Below are positions 47,139 through 55,226 of a stretch of 64,000 nucleotides of DNA, piece by piece. A model generated the notes under the pieces. The model was not told where the DNA came from. It was given only the letters and a program-made list of their open reading frames with translations, and did not search any database. Positions within the stretch are counted from its first letter, which is position 1; each line of letters starts with the position of its first letter. A program made the translations under genes and the position numbers. The DNA is taken from positions 4,040 to 68,039 of the forward strand of contig MFKT01000029.1 of assembly GCA_001781125.1 (NCBI GenBank), given 5' to 3'. The DNA is from Candidatus Kaiserbacteria bacterium RIFCSPHIGHO2_01_FULL_53_29 (GTDB lineage Bacteria; Patescibacteriota; Minisyncoccia; Phycocordibacterales; UBA2100).

Positions 47139-47729
47139 TCATCTTTCCTTACGCAAACGAAAGCGCTCTCGTACCCACCCATCGTTTTCTATGGATTCAA
47201 CAACTACATAGAGCACGTCTTTCCCGATCTGCAACTCCGCTTTCGCGAGTATAATAAACTCCTCACAATCGTATGGATACACCCAGACACTGTCCTGCAA
47301 GCGCAAAAAGCCGCACTCTTGCATGAGGCGTCGAATACGATCGCGTGTCGCTCTTCTTTGCTGCGGGATATCAAACATCACGATGCGGTATCGCCCATCC
47401 CATCGCTTCGGTTGATGCGCCGTGAGCTTTGCTTTCTCCTGCTCCAGCAGAAGCGCCTGCCGACCTGCACTAGTAAGCTCAATATATTTCTTACCGTTGC
47501 GCTGTACGAACCGGACATGCCCCTTGACGATAAGACGCGAAACCGCAGTCCGAGCTTGGAATGCAAGTTTGTAACGTTTCTTGCCAATGATATGCGGAAG
47601 GATTTGAAAGACGTTTGGTGCGAGCGCCGCCACGGCAATAATGCCCGCGGCTCCTATCACAGAGAGTACCGCATCTTTCACGTACCGCTTTCTTCGCACC
47701 CCACGAGCGTGAGATTCCGTCTTCCCCAT
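47139..47729 (-). CDS. PaaX-like protein (winged-helix + Cas2/VapD-fold C-domain) with N-terminal hydrophobic segment
   Basis: WDGRYRIVMFDIPQQRRATRDRIRRLMQECGFLRLQDSVWVYP resembles PaaX C-domain/Cas2 fold; no cas genes or array nearby. Confidence 0.4.
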   Translation of the reverse strand: MGKTESHARGVRRKRYVKDAVLSVIGAAGIIAVAALAPNVFQILPHIIGKKRYKLAFQARTAVSRLIVKGHVRFVQRNGKKYIELTSAGRQALLLEQEKAKLTAHQPKRWDGRYRIVMFDIPQQRRATRDRIRRLMQECGFLRLQDSVWVYPYDCEEFIILAKAELQIGKDVLYVVVESIENDGWVRERFRLRKER

Positions 47730-47765
47730 ATTCCCTATTGTACGCTATGGCGCAATGTAGGGAAT
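47729..47765. promoter_or_regulatory. inverted repeat TATTCCCTA-N19-TAGGGAATA at start of PaaX-like gene (candidate operator)
   Basis: 9 bp perfect arms in divergent region between 47139..47729 and ruvA. Confidence 0.3.
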
Positions 47766-47844
47766 ATCGAATACGGAAATTGTGTCGTGGACAATGCGCG
47801 GGAGAGCGTTTCGCGCGAGTCGTTGATGCACTATACTTGGGTTT

Positions 47845-48417
47845 ATGATAGGACAACTTACCGGCATGGTCTTTGCAGTGCGCATTGGACATGCAATCAT
47901 CTCTGCAGGTGGTGTGGGGTACAAAGTATTTGCAACACGCGAATTGCTCGCGACACTCCGGCCCCAGAAAGAGGTGGCGCTCTGGACTCACTTGGCGGTG
48001 CGCGAGACCATCCTCGATCTGTACGGTTTTTCCACCGAAGAAGAGTTGCGGCTGTTCGAACTTCTCCTCACGGTCTCCGGCATCGGGCCCCGTTCCGGTC
48101 TCGCTATCCTCGATATTGCATCGGTCGAGACGCTGCGCTCTGCGATCGCGGGAGGGAACGCATCGTATCTCACCAAAGTCTCCGGTATCGGCAGGAAAAC
48201 AGCTGAAAAAATCGTGCTCGAGTTGAAGGACAAAGTCGGCATCGGAGGGGAAGGAGGTGCCTCAGCGCTCCGTCATGACGAAGAGGCCCTCGAAGCAATG
48301 AAAGCACTGGGCTATTCGCAAGGAGAGGCACGCGATGCGCTTAGAAAAGTACCACAAGACGTAGAGCGATCAAGTGATCGATTACGTGAGGCACTTCGAA
48401 TTTTGGGCAGACAGTAA
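47845..48417 (+). CDS. ruvA: Holliday junction helicase subunit RuvA
   Basis: MIGQLTG...SGIGPRSGLAIL HhH motifs, C-terminal domain III. Confidence 0.9.
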   Translation: MIGQLTGMVFAVRIGHAIISAGGVGYKVFATRELLATLRPQKEVALWTHLAVRETILDLYGFSTEEELRLFELLLTVSGIGPRSGLAILDIASVETLRSAIAGGNASYLTKVSGIGRKTAEKIVLELKDKVGIGGEGGASALRHDEEALEAMKALGYSQGEARDALRKVPQDVERSSDRLREALRILGRQ

Positions 48418-48447
48418 ATGCGATAATGATCAAGCGCCAATTAATTC

Positions 48448-49722
48448 TTGATGCTTGAAAATTCCATGAATCGTCTTAAGAAAATGCTGCTGCAAGTAAC
48501 ACCCGGAGTGCTCCTGTCCCTCTATCATTTCGCGCTGGCGCACCTCGGGGCTCTTTGGTACGGCCATCCCTCGCGCGAATTCCTCGTCATCGGCGTCACC
48601 GGCACGAAAGGAAAATCTTCGACGACCGAATACATCAACGCGATATTCGAAGAAGCGGGATACGCCACGGCGCTCCTGAATTCTATCCGCATCAAAGTGG
48701 GCGACGTATCCACTCCGAACAACATGGGCAGGTCGATGCCGGGAAGATCTTTCATCCAGCGATTCCTGCGCAGAGCGGTAACTGCAAAGTGCTCTCTCGC
48801 GATCCTCGAAATGACGTCCGAGGGCGCTCGGCAACACCGGCATCGCGCCATCGAACTCGACGCATTGGTATTTACGAATCTCGAGCCGGAGCATATCGAA
48901 TCGCACGGTTCATATGAGAATTATGCTGATGCGAAGTTTGAAATAGGCCTCCAACTCCTTCGCTCGAAAAAGCGTCCCCGGTATATGATCGCCAACGCCG
49001 GAGACGCCGAGAGTGCGCGCTATTTTCTGCTTCCGGTGGAGCATGTACTTCCCTTTTCACTTTCTGCGAACAAGCCCTGGTCGGCAGACTCAAAAGGCGG
49101 GTACTTCACACAGGATGACGGAAAAATATCCGTTCAGCTTCCCGGAGAATTCTCGCTCAAAAACGCTCTTGCTGCTGCGACCGTAGCGCGCGCGTTCGGC
49201 ATCGAGACCGCGACGATCGCGCGGGCTCTTGAAAAAGTGACCCATATTCCCGGACGTACCGAGGAGATCCGGGAGGGACAAGATTTTGCCGTCGTCGTTG
49301 ATTACGCGCACACGCCGAATTCTCTGCAAGCGCTCTTCGATGCGTATCGTGCGCACAAAAAGATCTGCATACTGGGTTCGGCTGGTGGAGGGCGCGACAC
49401 GTGGAAGCGCCCCGTCGTAGGAAAAATTGCCGAAGAATCGTGCGCATATGTCATCTTGACGAATGACGACCCCTACGATGAAGACCCGCAAAAAATAATC
49501 GAAGAGATAGCCGCAGGCATGGAAGAGAGGCCCGAGATCATTCTGGGCCGTCGTGATGCCATACGAAAAGGACTCCAGATAGCAAAGTCGGGAGATGTTG
49601 TTTTGATAACGGGCAAAGGAGTGGATGCGATGGCGGGCAAGGATGGCATCAAAACGAAGTGGAGTGACGCCGAGGTCGCGCGCGAGGAGCTCTTGAAGCT
49701 GCTCGCAACGCACGCGTTATAA
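48448..49722 (+). CDS. Mur ligase family protein (MurE/MurF-like, short N-terminus)
   Basis: GVTGTKGKSST P-loop, DYAHTP, Mur ligase C-domain. Confidence 0.7.
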   Translation: MMLENSMNRLKKMLLQVTPGVLLSLYHFALAHLGALWYGHPSREFLVIGVTGTKGKSSTTEYINAIFEEAGYATALLNSIRIKVGDVSTPNNMGRSMPGRSFIQRFLRRAVTAKCSLAILEMTSEGARQHRHRAIELDALVFTNLEPEHIESHGSYENYADAKFEIGLQLLRSKKRPRYMIANAGDAESARYFLLPVEHVLPFSLSANKPWSADSKGGYFTQDDGKISVQLPGEFSLKNALAAATVARAFGIETATIARALEKVTHIPGRTEEIREGQDFAVVVDYAHTPNSLQALFDAYRAHKKICILGSAGGGRDTWKRPVVGKIAEESCAYVILTNDDPYDEDPQKIIEEIAAGMEERPEIILGRRDAIRKGLQIAKSGDVVLITGKGVDAMAGKDGIKTKWSDAEVAREELLKLLATHAL

Positions 49723-49734
49723 TATAATGAACGC

Positions 49735-50718
49735 ATGATAAAGAGAGTCCTCATCATCTCCCTTGTGTTCTTCATCATCGGGCTCATCCTCTTTTGGTTG
49801 ATAAGCGGAGGTCTAAGTGCTTCTGCGCGCACCGCGCGCACGCTCGGCAATCCGATCGATTATATTTTCGGCAGTGGCACCTCGCCCGGCATATCATTCC
49901 GGCTGCCGTGGCAGCCAGCATCTCTCCCTCAAGGACCGGATATTTCAGGTGATGCGGAAGTCGACGCGCAAAACGATGCTCCCGGAAATGAAGAACGAGG
50001 ATCAAATGCGAGCCCGCAGCCTTCCGAGCTCCGCACATTCGGCAATCCCTCACCCTCTGCGGGTAAGATCACGCTCACGGACAATTCGGCGACCGAGAGC
50101 GATGCTACAGCGGAATATATCAAGATCGAGGCATCCGGAAGTAACACCGCGCCGATCGCTATCACGAATTGGTCCCTGCAAAGTGCGATTTCCGGACTTC
50201 GGACATACATTCCGCAAGGCGCGCCACTGTTCGTGATGGGCGTCATCAACAACGTGGAGAAGGTATATCTTGAGCCGGGAGCCTCTGCGATCGTCACCAC
50301 GAGCGCCTCCCCCGTCGGAGTCTCATTCCGCGAAAATATCTGCAGCGGCTACCTCGGCGAACTGCAAACATTCACTCCGGAGATAGGAAATGCGTGCCCC
50401 CACGCCTCAGAGACCCTCGCGAAGAATCCGCAGAACCTGCAGACCTATAGTGGCGCCTGCTTCGACTATCTGGATACTCTTCCTTCGTGCCACTTCCCTA
50501 CCGATCTTCCTTCAGAACTCTCGTCGACGTGCCGATCATTCATTGCAAACACGATGTCGTACAACGGCTGTGTAAATACCTCTCGCAACGATCCAACATT
50601 CGCACTCCACTCGTGGCGACTCTTTCTCAACATGCGCACCGAACTCTGGTACAACACGCACGATGTGATCCGGCTCTTGGACGACCAGGGGCGGACCGTG
50701 GACGTACTCACATATTAG
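49735..50718 (+). CDS. hypothetical secreted protein with lamin-tail-like (LTD) region
   Basis: signal anchor; EYIKIEASGSNTAPIAITNWSL LTD-like strand pattern. Confidence 0.45.
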   Translation: MIKRVLIISLVFFIIGLILFWLISGGLSASARTARTLGNPIDYIFGSGTSPGISFRLPWQPASLPQGPDISGDAEVDAQNDAPGNEERGSNASPQPSELRTFGNPSPSAGKITLTDNSATESDATAEYIKIEASGSNTAPIAITNWSLQSAISGLRTYIPQGAPLFVMGVINNVEKVYLEPGASAIVTTSASPVGVSFRENICSGYLGELQTFTPEIGNACPHASETLAKNPQNLQTYSGACFDYLDTLPSCHFPTDLPSELSSTCRSFIANTMSYNGCVNTSRNDPTFALHSWRLFLNMRTELWYNTHDVIRLLDDQGRTVDVLTY

Positions 50719-50791
50719 TGATTAGCCACTAGGGTTTAGCCACTAGTGAATCCTGAATTCATCTAATCGCTAGTGGCTATTGGCTAACATC
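50719..50791. repeat. second, cargo-free copy of the 37538/37917 inverted-repeat hairpin
   Basis: tgattagccactagggtttagccactagtgaa - 14 nt - aatcgctagtggctattggctaacatc; sits at convergent gene ends. Confidence 0.7.
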
Positions 50792-51273
50792 TGAAACAAT
50801 ACAATTCCGGCTGCGACGGAAACATTCAGTGATTCTTTTTTGCCGTGCATCGGTATTTCGATAAGGACATCGCATTTCGCACGCAACTCATGGGAGAGTC
50901 CGCGCACTTCATTACCGAAAATAAAAAGTGTCGGGGCTTTGACCCTGTATTTCCGATAGTCGCGAGATCGGCGATCCTGCTCAACGCCAACGATTCCCCA
51001 CTTCTGTTTCTTTCCTCCGGAGGAGGATCCGCCTCCGGCGGATAATTTTGAAATGAGCGGCACGGGCGACTTGAAATATTCCCATGGCAGAGATCTCTCC
51101 GCGCCGAGCGCTGTCTTTGCGATTTCTTTTTGTGGCCGACCGAACCTGTCGATCGGCACCGGCGTATATCCGCAGAGGTAGATCTTCGCAACACCCGCCG
51201 CATCGGCGGTGCGGAATATCGAGCCCACATTATGTGCGCTCCGGATATTGTGCAATAAAATAGCGATAGGCAT
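50770..51273 (-). CDS. SpoU/TrmH family RNA 2'-O-methyltransferase
   Basis: LLHNIRSAHNVGSIFRTADAAGV and IFGNEVRGLS...IPMHG SPOUT motifs; Gly/Ser-rich insert; C-terminus encoded in repeat arm. Confidence 0.8.
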   Translation of the reverse strand: MPIAILLHNIRSAHNVGSIFRTADAAGVAKIYLCGYTPVPIDRFGRPQKEIAKTALGAERSLPWEYFKSPVPLISKLSAGGGSSSGGKKQKWGIVGVEQDRRSRDYRKYRVKAPTLFIFGNEVRGLSHELRAKCDVLIEIPMHGKKESLNVSVAAGIVLFQMLANSH

Positions 51274-51338
51274 ATGAACACCATATGCTCTTGTTGTATT
51301 TGCTACAAGCTGTAAGCTACAAGCTACAAGCTTTATTT

Positions 51339-51737
51339 ATGCTTTCCCTTTTCCCCCAGCTGCTCTTTCTTGCGCCCTTCTCGGCAACACTCCTGCGCAT
51401 CGCGGCAGCTGTGGTCTTCTTCTCGATCGCGTGGACGCACTGGCAGAAGCGCGAGCAACTTGGGGACATAGAATTCATCGTCGTCGGTAAAGGAACGTGG
51501 ATCCCGACTTTCGCCGCAGCCCTGGAATTTCTCATCGCGGTTGGTTTATTCCTCGGCATGTATGTCCAGCTCGTCGCGATCCTCGGCGCACTTGCGGCGC
51601 TCAAAGCGCTGATCTGGAAACGTCGCTACAGCGTCATGATCCCTATCTCGCGCACCGCGAGCGCATTAGTTTTTGTCATCTGCCTCTCGCTCGTCTTCAC
51701 CGGCGCGGGCGCATTCGCCTTCGACCTGCCGCTTTAA
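51339..51737 (+). CDS. DoxX-like small membrane protein
   Basis: 4 TM helices; ORF 51285..51737, start uncertain. Confidence 0.4.
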   Translation: MLSLFPQLLFLAPFSATLLRIAAAVVFFSIAWTHWQKREQLGDIEFIVVGKGTWIPTFAAALEFLIAVGLFLGMYVQLVAILGALAALKALIWKRRYSVMIPISRTASALVFVICLSLVFTGAGAFAFDLPL

Positions 51738-51867
51738 ATAGCTTCCGGCTTTGAGCTTTAGCCGCAAGGGCGGTATAGTTTCGTTTACCCCTCGTAGCCC
51801 GACGTTTCGGTCGGGGTCCCGACAGCAAGGCTCGTCGGGACTCAATGGTTACCGGGTGGTGCAGTAG

Positions 51868-51938
51868 CCCCTCGTAGCTCAATGGTAGAGCATGTGCCTT
51901 TTAAGCACGTGACGGAGGTCCGATTCCTCCCGGGGGGA
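51868..51938 (+). tRNA. tRNA-Lys (TTT) with C1:G72
   Basis: D-arm GCTC-AATGGTA-GAGC, anticodon loop CTTTTAA, T-arm GGAGG-TCCGATT-CCTCC, A73; aligns position-by-position with E. coli tRNA-Lys. Confidence 0.65.
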
Positions 51939-51949
51939 CACGTGAGTAA

Positions 51950-52999
51950 TTAATCGCTGATGACCATGTAGTTATAATGGATGAGCGCACGCGCTCCTTT
52001 TTTGCCCACGAGAATTCCCGCCTCATCCGCGCCATATTGGGCGACACCGTATCCGAGCTTCTTACCCGCTTCGTTGCGTATCTCTATGGTGTCCCCTTTT
52101 TTGAATTCTCCCTCAATTTTTCTGACTCCCACGGGCAGCAAGCTGTTCGATTTCCCGGAACGAAGGACTTTCTCGGCTCCTGCGTCAACGTACACCACGC
52201 CGACCGAAAGTCCTTCGGAGTACGCGAGGCGACGCTTCACCGCCGATATCTTCTTCGTCGGTACGAATTTCGTACCCAAAGGTTTACCCTCAACAATATC
52301 AATAAGAACATGTCCACGTTTTCCGCTCACGACGTGGACCGTGATACCGTGCGCCATGAGCCTGCGTGCGATCGCGAATTTCGTGAGCATTCCCCCGCGC
52401 CCGCCGGTGGATTTCGTATCGGTCACATATCGTTCAAATGAAGCAATATCTTCCTCCCGTATCTCTGGAATGGTCACTTCTTCCTTTAATACCCCATTGA
52501 CGCTTGAGAGAAATATGACAGCATCGACATCAAGTTGGGAAGCGATGAGACCCGCGAGTTCGTCGTTGTCGGTAAAAACAAGTTTGCTGATAGAAATGGC
52601 ATCATTCTCATTGACGACCGGGATGATGTTCTCGCGAAGCAGATTCTCAAAACAACTTTTCATATTGGCATAGTGCTGCTTGTCTCTGAAATCTCCTTTG
52701 GTGACCAAAACTTGGCCGCACCGATGTCCTTTAGCGTCAAAGAACTTTGAGTAGAGGGACATGAGCCCGATTTGCCCTACGGCGGCAAAAACCTGCCTTT
52801 CGGCTGTCGCAGAAGCACCGTGAAGCGCGACAAGCCCCTTCCCTGTAGCTATCGCACCGGAAGTGATGAGCAACACTTCGATGCCCTGCGCACGGAGTCC
52901 GACGACCTGATTGACGATGTCCTGTACAACATCCTCAGCAAGTCGGTCGTTGCGAGAGATAACATTCGTACCTATTTTTACAACGAGGCGTTTGTACAT
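51950..52999 (-). CDS. proB: glutamate 5-kinase with PUA domain
   Basis: VVKIGTNVI...AA kinase motifs, C-terminal PUA. Confidence 0.9.
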   Translation of the reverse strand: MYKRLVVKIGTNVISRNDRLAEDVVQDIVNQVVGLRAQGIEVLLITSGAIATGKGLVALHGASATAERQVFAAVGQIGLMSLYSKFFDAKGHRCGQVLVTKGDFRDKQHYANMKSCFENLLRENIIPVVNENDAISISKLVFTDNDELAGLIASQLDVDAVIFLSSVNGVLKEEVTIPEIREEDIASFERYVTDTKSTGGRGGMLTKFAIARRLMAHGITVHVVSGKRGHVLIDIVEGKPLGTKFVPTKKISAVKRRLAYSEGLSVGVVYVDAGAEKVLRSGKSNSLLPVGVRKIEGEFKKGDTIEIRNEAGKKLGYGVAQYGADEAGILVGKKGARALIHYNYMVISD

Positions 53000-53003
53000 A
53001 CAT

Positions 53004-53774
53004 TTAGCTGTGAATGCCTTTTATTTTCTTATAGCCGCTTTGCATCGCACGCGCGAATATTTTTTCGAAACCACCGCGTCGAAGTTCTTTGAGTATTGCC
53101 TCAGTCACACCACCCTTGGTGGCCACCGAATCGATAAGCTTTTCAGGAGCTGTGCCCGACCGCTCAAGATACGCGAGCGCTCCCTTGAAGGTCTGGAGCG
53201 CGATTGCTTCGGCATTGCGCGAGAGACCGAGCGTCCGGGCACGCTTGCCATAGGCGGAAACAAAGGAAGAGACAATGGCCGGCCCGCATCCCGCTATGAG
53301 GGTGATGGTATCGAGATTGCTCTCTTTTTTCACTTCGACGAGAAGTCCGAGGTTTCCGAGTACGCTCTTTAGCTCACGCTTGTTCTTAGCAGCGATATCT
53401 CCCGAATAAAATCCGATCACTCCTTCGCCGTAGGCAACGGGAATGTTGGGCATGATGCGAGCGATAGAGCAGTTCACGCCATGAAGGCGCTTTTTCATCG
53501 CCTTGACACTAACACCTGCGGCAAGAGATATGATAGTTTTTCCTTCAAGAGTGCCCGTAATATCTGCAAGAACGCTGACGACCACAGAAGGTTTGACTGC
53601 GAGAAAGATCCAGTCGGCACTCTTTGCCGCGGCAAGATTCCCGCGGGAGTTATCGGAGACCGTGATGCGCGAACGAGGTACGCCCGCATTCACGAGTCCC
53701 TGTGCCAAGGCAGAGCCCATGTGGCCCCCGCCGATGACGGTTATTCTCTTACGCGCGAATGTGTCCTTTGCCAT
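53004..53774 (-). CDS. proC: pyrroline-5-carboxylate reductase
   Basis: ITVIGGGHMGSALAQGL Rossmann start, P5CR C-terminal dimerisation domain. Confidence 0.85.
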   Translation of the reverse strand: MAKDTFARKRITVIGGGHMGSALAQGLVNAGVPRSRITVSDNSRGNLAAAKSADWIFLAVKPSVVVSVLADITGTLEGKTIISLAAGVSVKAMKKRLHGVNCSIARIMPNIPVAYGEGVIGFYSGDIAAKNKRELKSVLGNLGLLVEVKKESNLDTITLIAGCGPAIVSSFVSAYGKRARTLGLSRNAEAIALQTFKGALAYLERSGTAPEKLIDSVATKGGVTEAILKELRRGGFEKIFARAMQSGYKKIKGIHS

Positions 53775-54978
53775 ATATTTGCCACTTATAGGTTGTTAAT
53801 TCTTTTAATCCGACCGGCCCGCGTGCATGCAACTTCCCTGCGGCAATGCCCATTTCCGAACCGAGTCCGAACACGTATCCATCGTGCAGGCGTGTGGAAG
53901 CATTAACGAAGATCGCCGCCGCATCGACTGAATCCGTGAACTGGCGAATGATCTTTTTATTTGAAGCGACGATTCCCTCGGAATGCCGTTTGCTGTGATG
54001 ATTGATGAACGTAATTGCTTCCGCGACATCGCTGACGACCTTGATCCCGACCGTCGGGCCCAAAAATTCCGTATCCCAGTCTTTTTCGGTCATCGTTCCC
54101 ACTGCCGAAAATTTTCGCGAGAGCGCATCGCCCAATACACGAACGCCGCGCGCGCGAAGCATGTCGGTGATGCGCGGGATGAAACGAGAAGCAATTTTCT
54201 TGTGTACGACAATGGTGTCGAGCGAATTGCACGCGGCGGGTTTGCTGATCTTCGCATTCACGAGTATTTTTTCGGCCATCTTGAGGTCGGCGCTTTGATC
54301 AATGTAGATCCGCGCACCCCCCGCGGCGTGCGCTAATACCGGAATGGTGGAGTCACTCAGGACGGCTTTCACGAGACTGTATCCCCCACGTGCGATGACT
54401 AGATCAATGTGCGTGTGTTGTTTCAGCAGTTTTGAAACGGCGCTCCGATCTTGGACGTAACTGACCGTGTCTTTTGCAAATCCGGACTTCTTGAGCGCAT
54501 TTTGTATACAATGATAAAGAGCTTGATTGGAATGCTTTGCCTCGCTGCCGCCTTTAAGTATTGCGACATTGCCGGATTTGATACACAACGCGGCGACGTC
54601 GATCGTCACCTCCGGACGTGATTCGTAGATAATCAGTATGACGCCAAGAGGGGTGCGCACTTTGTCTAGCACAAGACCGGTGCGATCTTTTTTGTGCTCG
54701 ATAATTTCTCCGAGTCCGCTTTTTAATTTTTGCACGTCGCGAAGTTTTTTGTTCAGTGTTTCCAAACCATGGGCATCCACGACAAGTCGTTGTACGAATG
54801 CTTCGGGAAGTTCATTTCTTTGCGCGTCTGCGACGTCTTTTTGATTCGCAGCAAGCAAATCCTTTTTTCGTGTCCGAAGTTCTTTCGCGAGCGCGCCTAA
54901 AAAGGCGTTCCTTTTTTTCTCGGAAGTCTTCGCGAGGTCGATCGCGGCCTGTCGTATGTTGTCTAGGTGGACTTTCAT
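53749..54978 (-). CDS. proA: gamma-glutamyl phosphate reductase
   Basis: ALDH-fold ProA with catalytic Cys (AACNSLDT); start moved to ATG (MKVHL). Confidence 0.9.
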   Translation of the reverse strand: MKVHLDNIRQAAIDLAKTSEKKRNAFLGALAKELRTRKKDLLAANQKDVADAQRNELPEAFVQRLVVDAHGLETLNKKLRDVQKLKSGLGEIIEHKKDRTGLVLDKVRTPLGVILIIYESRPEVTIDVAALCIKSGNVAILKGGSEAKHSNQALYHCIQNALKKSGFAKDTVSYVQDRSAVSKLLKQHTHIDLVIARGGYSLVKAVLSDSTIPVLAHAAGGARIYIDQSADLKMAEKILVNAKISKPAACNSLDTIVVHKKIASRFIPRITDMLRARGVRVLGDALSRKFSAVGTMTEKDWDTEFLGPTVGIKVVSDVAEAITFINHHSKRHSEGIVASNKKIIRQFTDSVDAAAIFVNASTRLHDGYVFGLGSEMGIAAGKLHARGPVGLKELTTYKWQIYGKGHIRA

Positions 54979-54985
54979 GCCGTGC

Positions 54986-55226
54986 AAAATGAAAACTCGC
55001 CTCTGCTATCCTACCAGTAAACTACCGGAGGATAACAAGGGCGAGATTTCCCGCGTACCACCTTGTATTCATATGCGCATCGCTGCGCAGATCTCTGTAG
55101 CTGGCTGACACCAGCGTCCCTGTTTTACGGTTGGGCTTCCGTCGCTCCTTATCGGGCGCAGCTCCGAGGCCGGTTCCCTATCTTGCGACAGGTACTATTC
55201 CTCTTCATTGCTTTTCGTGGCTAATA
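54986..55226 (-). promoter_or_regulatory. T-box-like leader: antiterminator (AAGG-UGGUAC-GCGGG...CUCGC-CCUU) competing with intrinsic terminator; candidate Pro specifier
   Basis: mRNA-sense AAGGUGGUACGCGGG (plus-strand 55050..55064) vs T-box consensus AGGGUGGNACCGCGG; terminator CUCGCC...GGCGAG + UUUUCAUUUU (54986..55045); loop GAAGCCCAAC (55131..55138). Confidence 0.45.

Noticed and set aside
47139-47729. Cas2 assignment for the PaaX-like protein
   Set aside because: The Cas2-like fold is shared by PaaX C-domains and VapD; there is no cas1, no array, and an N-terminal winged-helix-like and hydrophobic region, so a CRISPR role is not supported.
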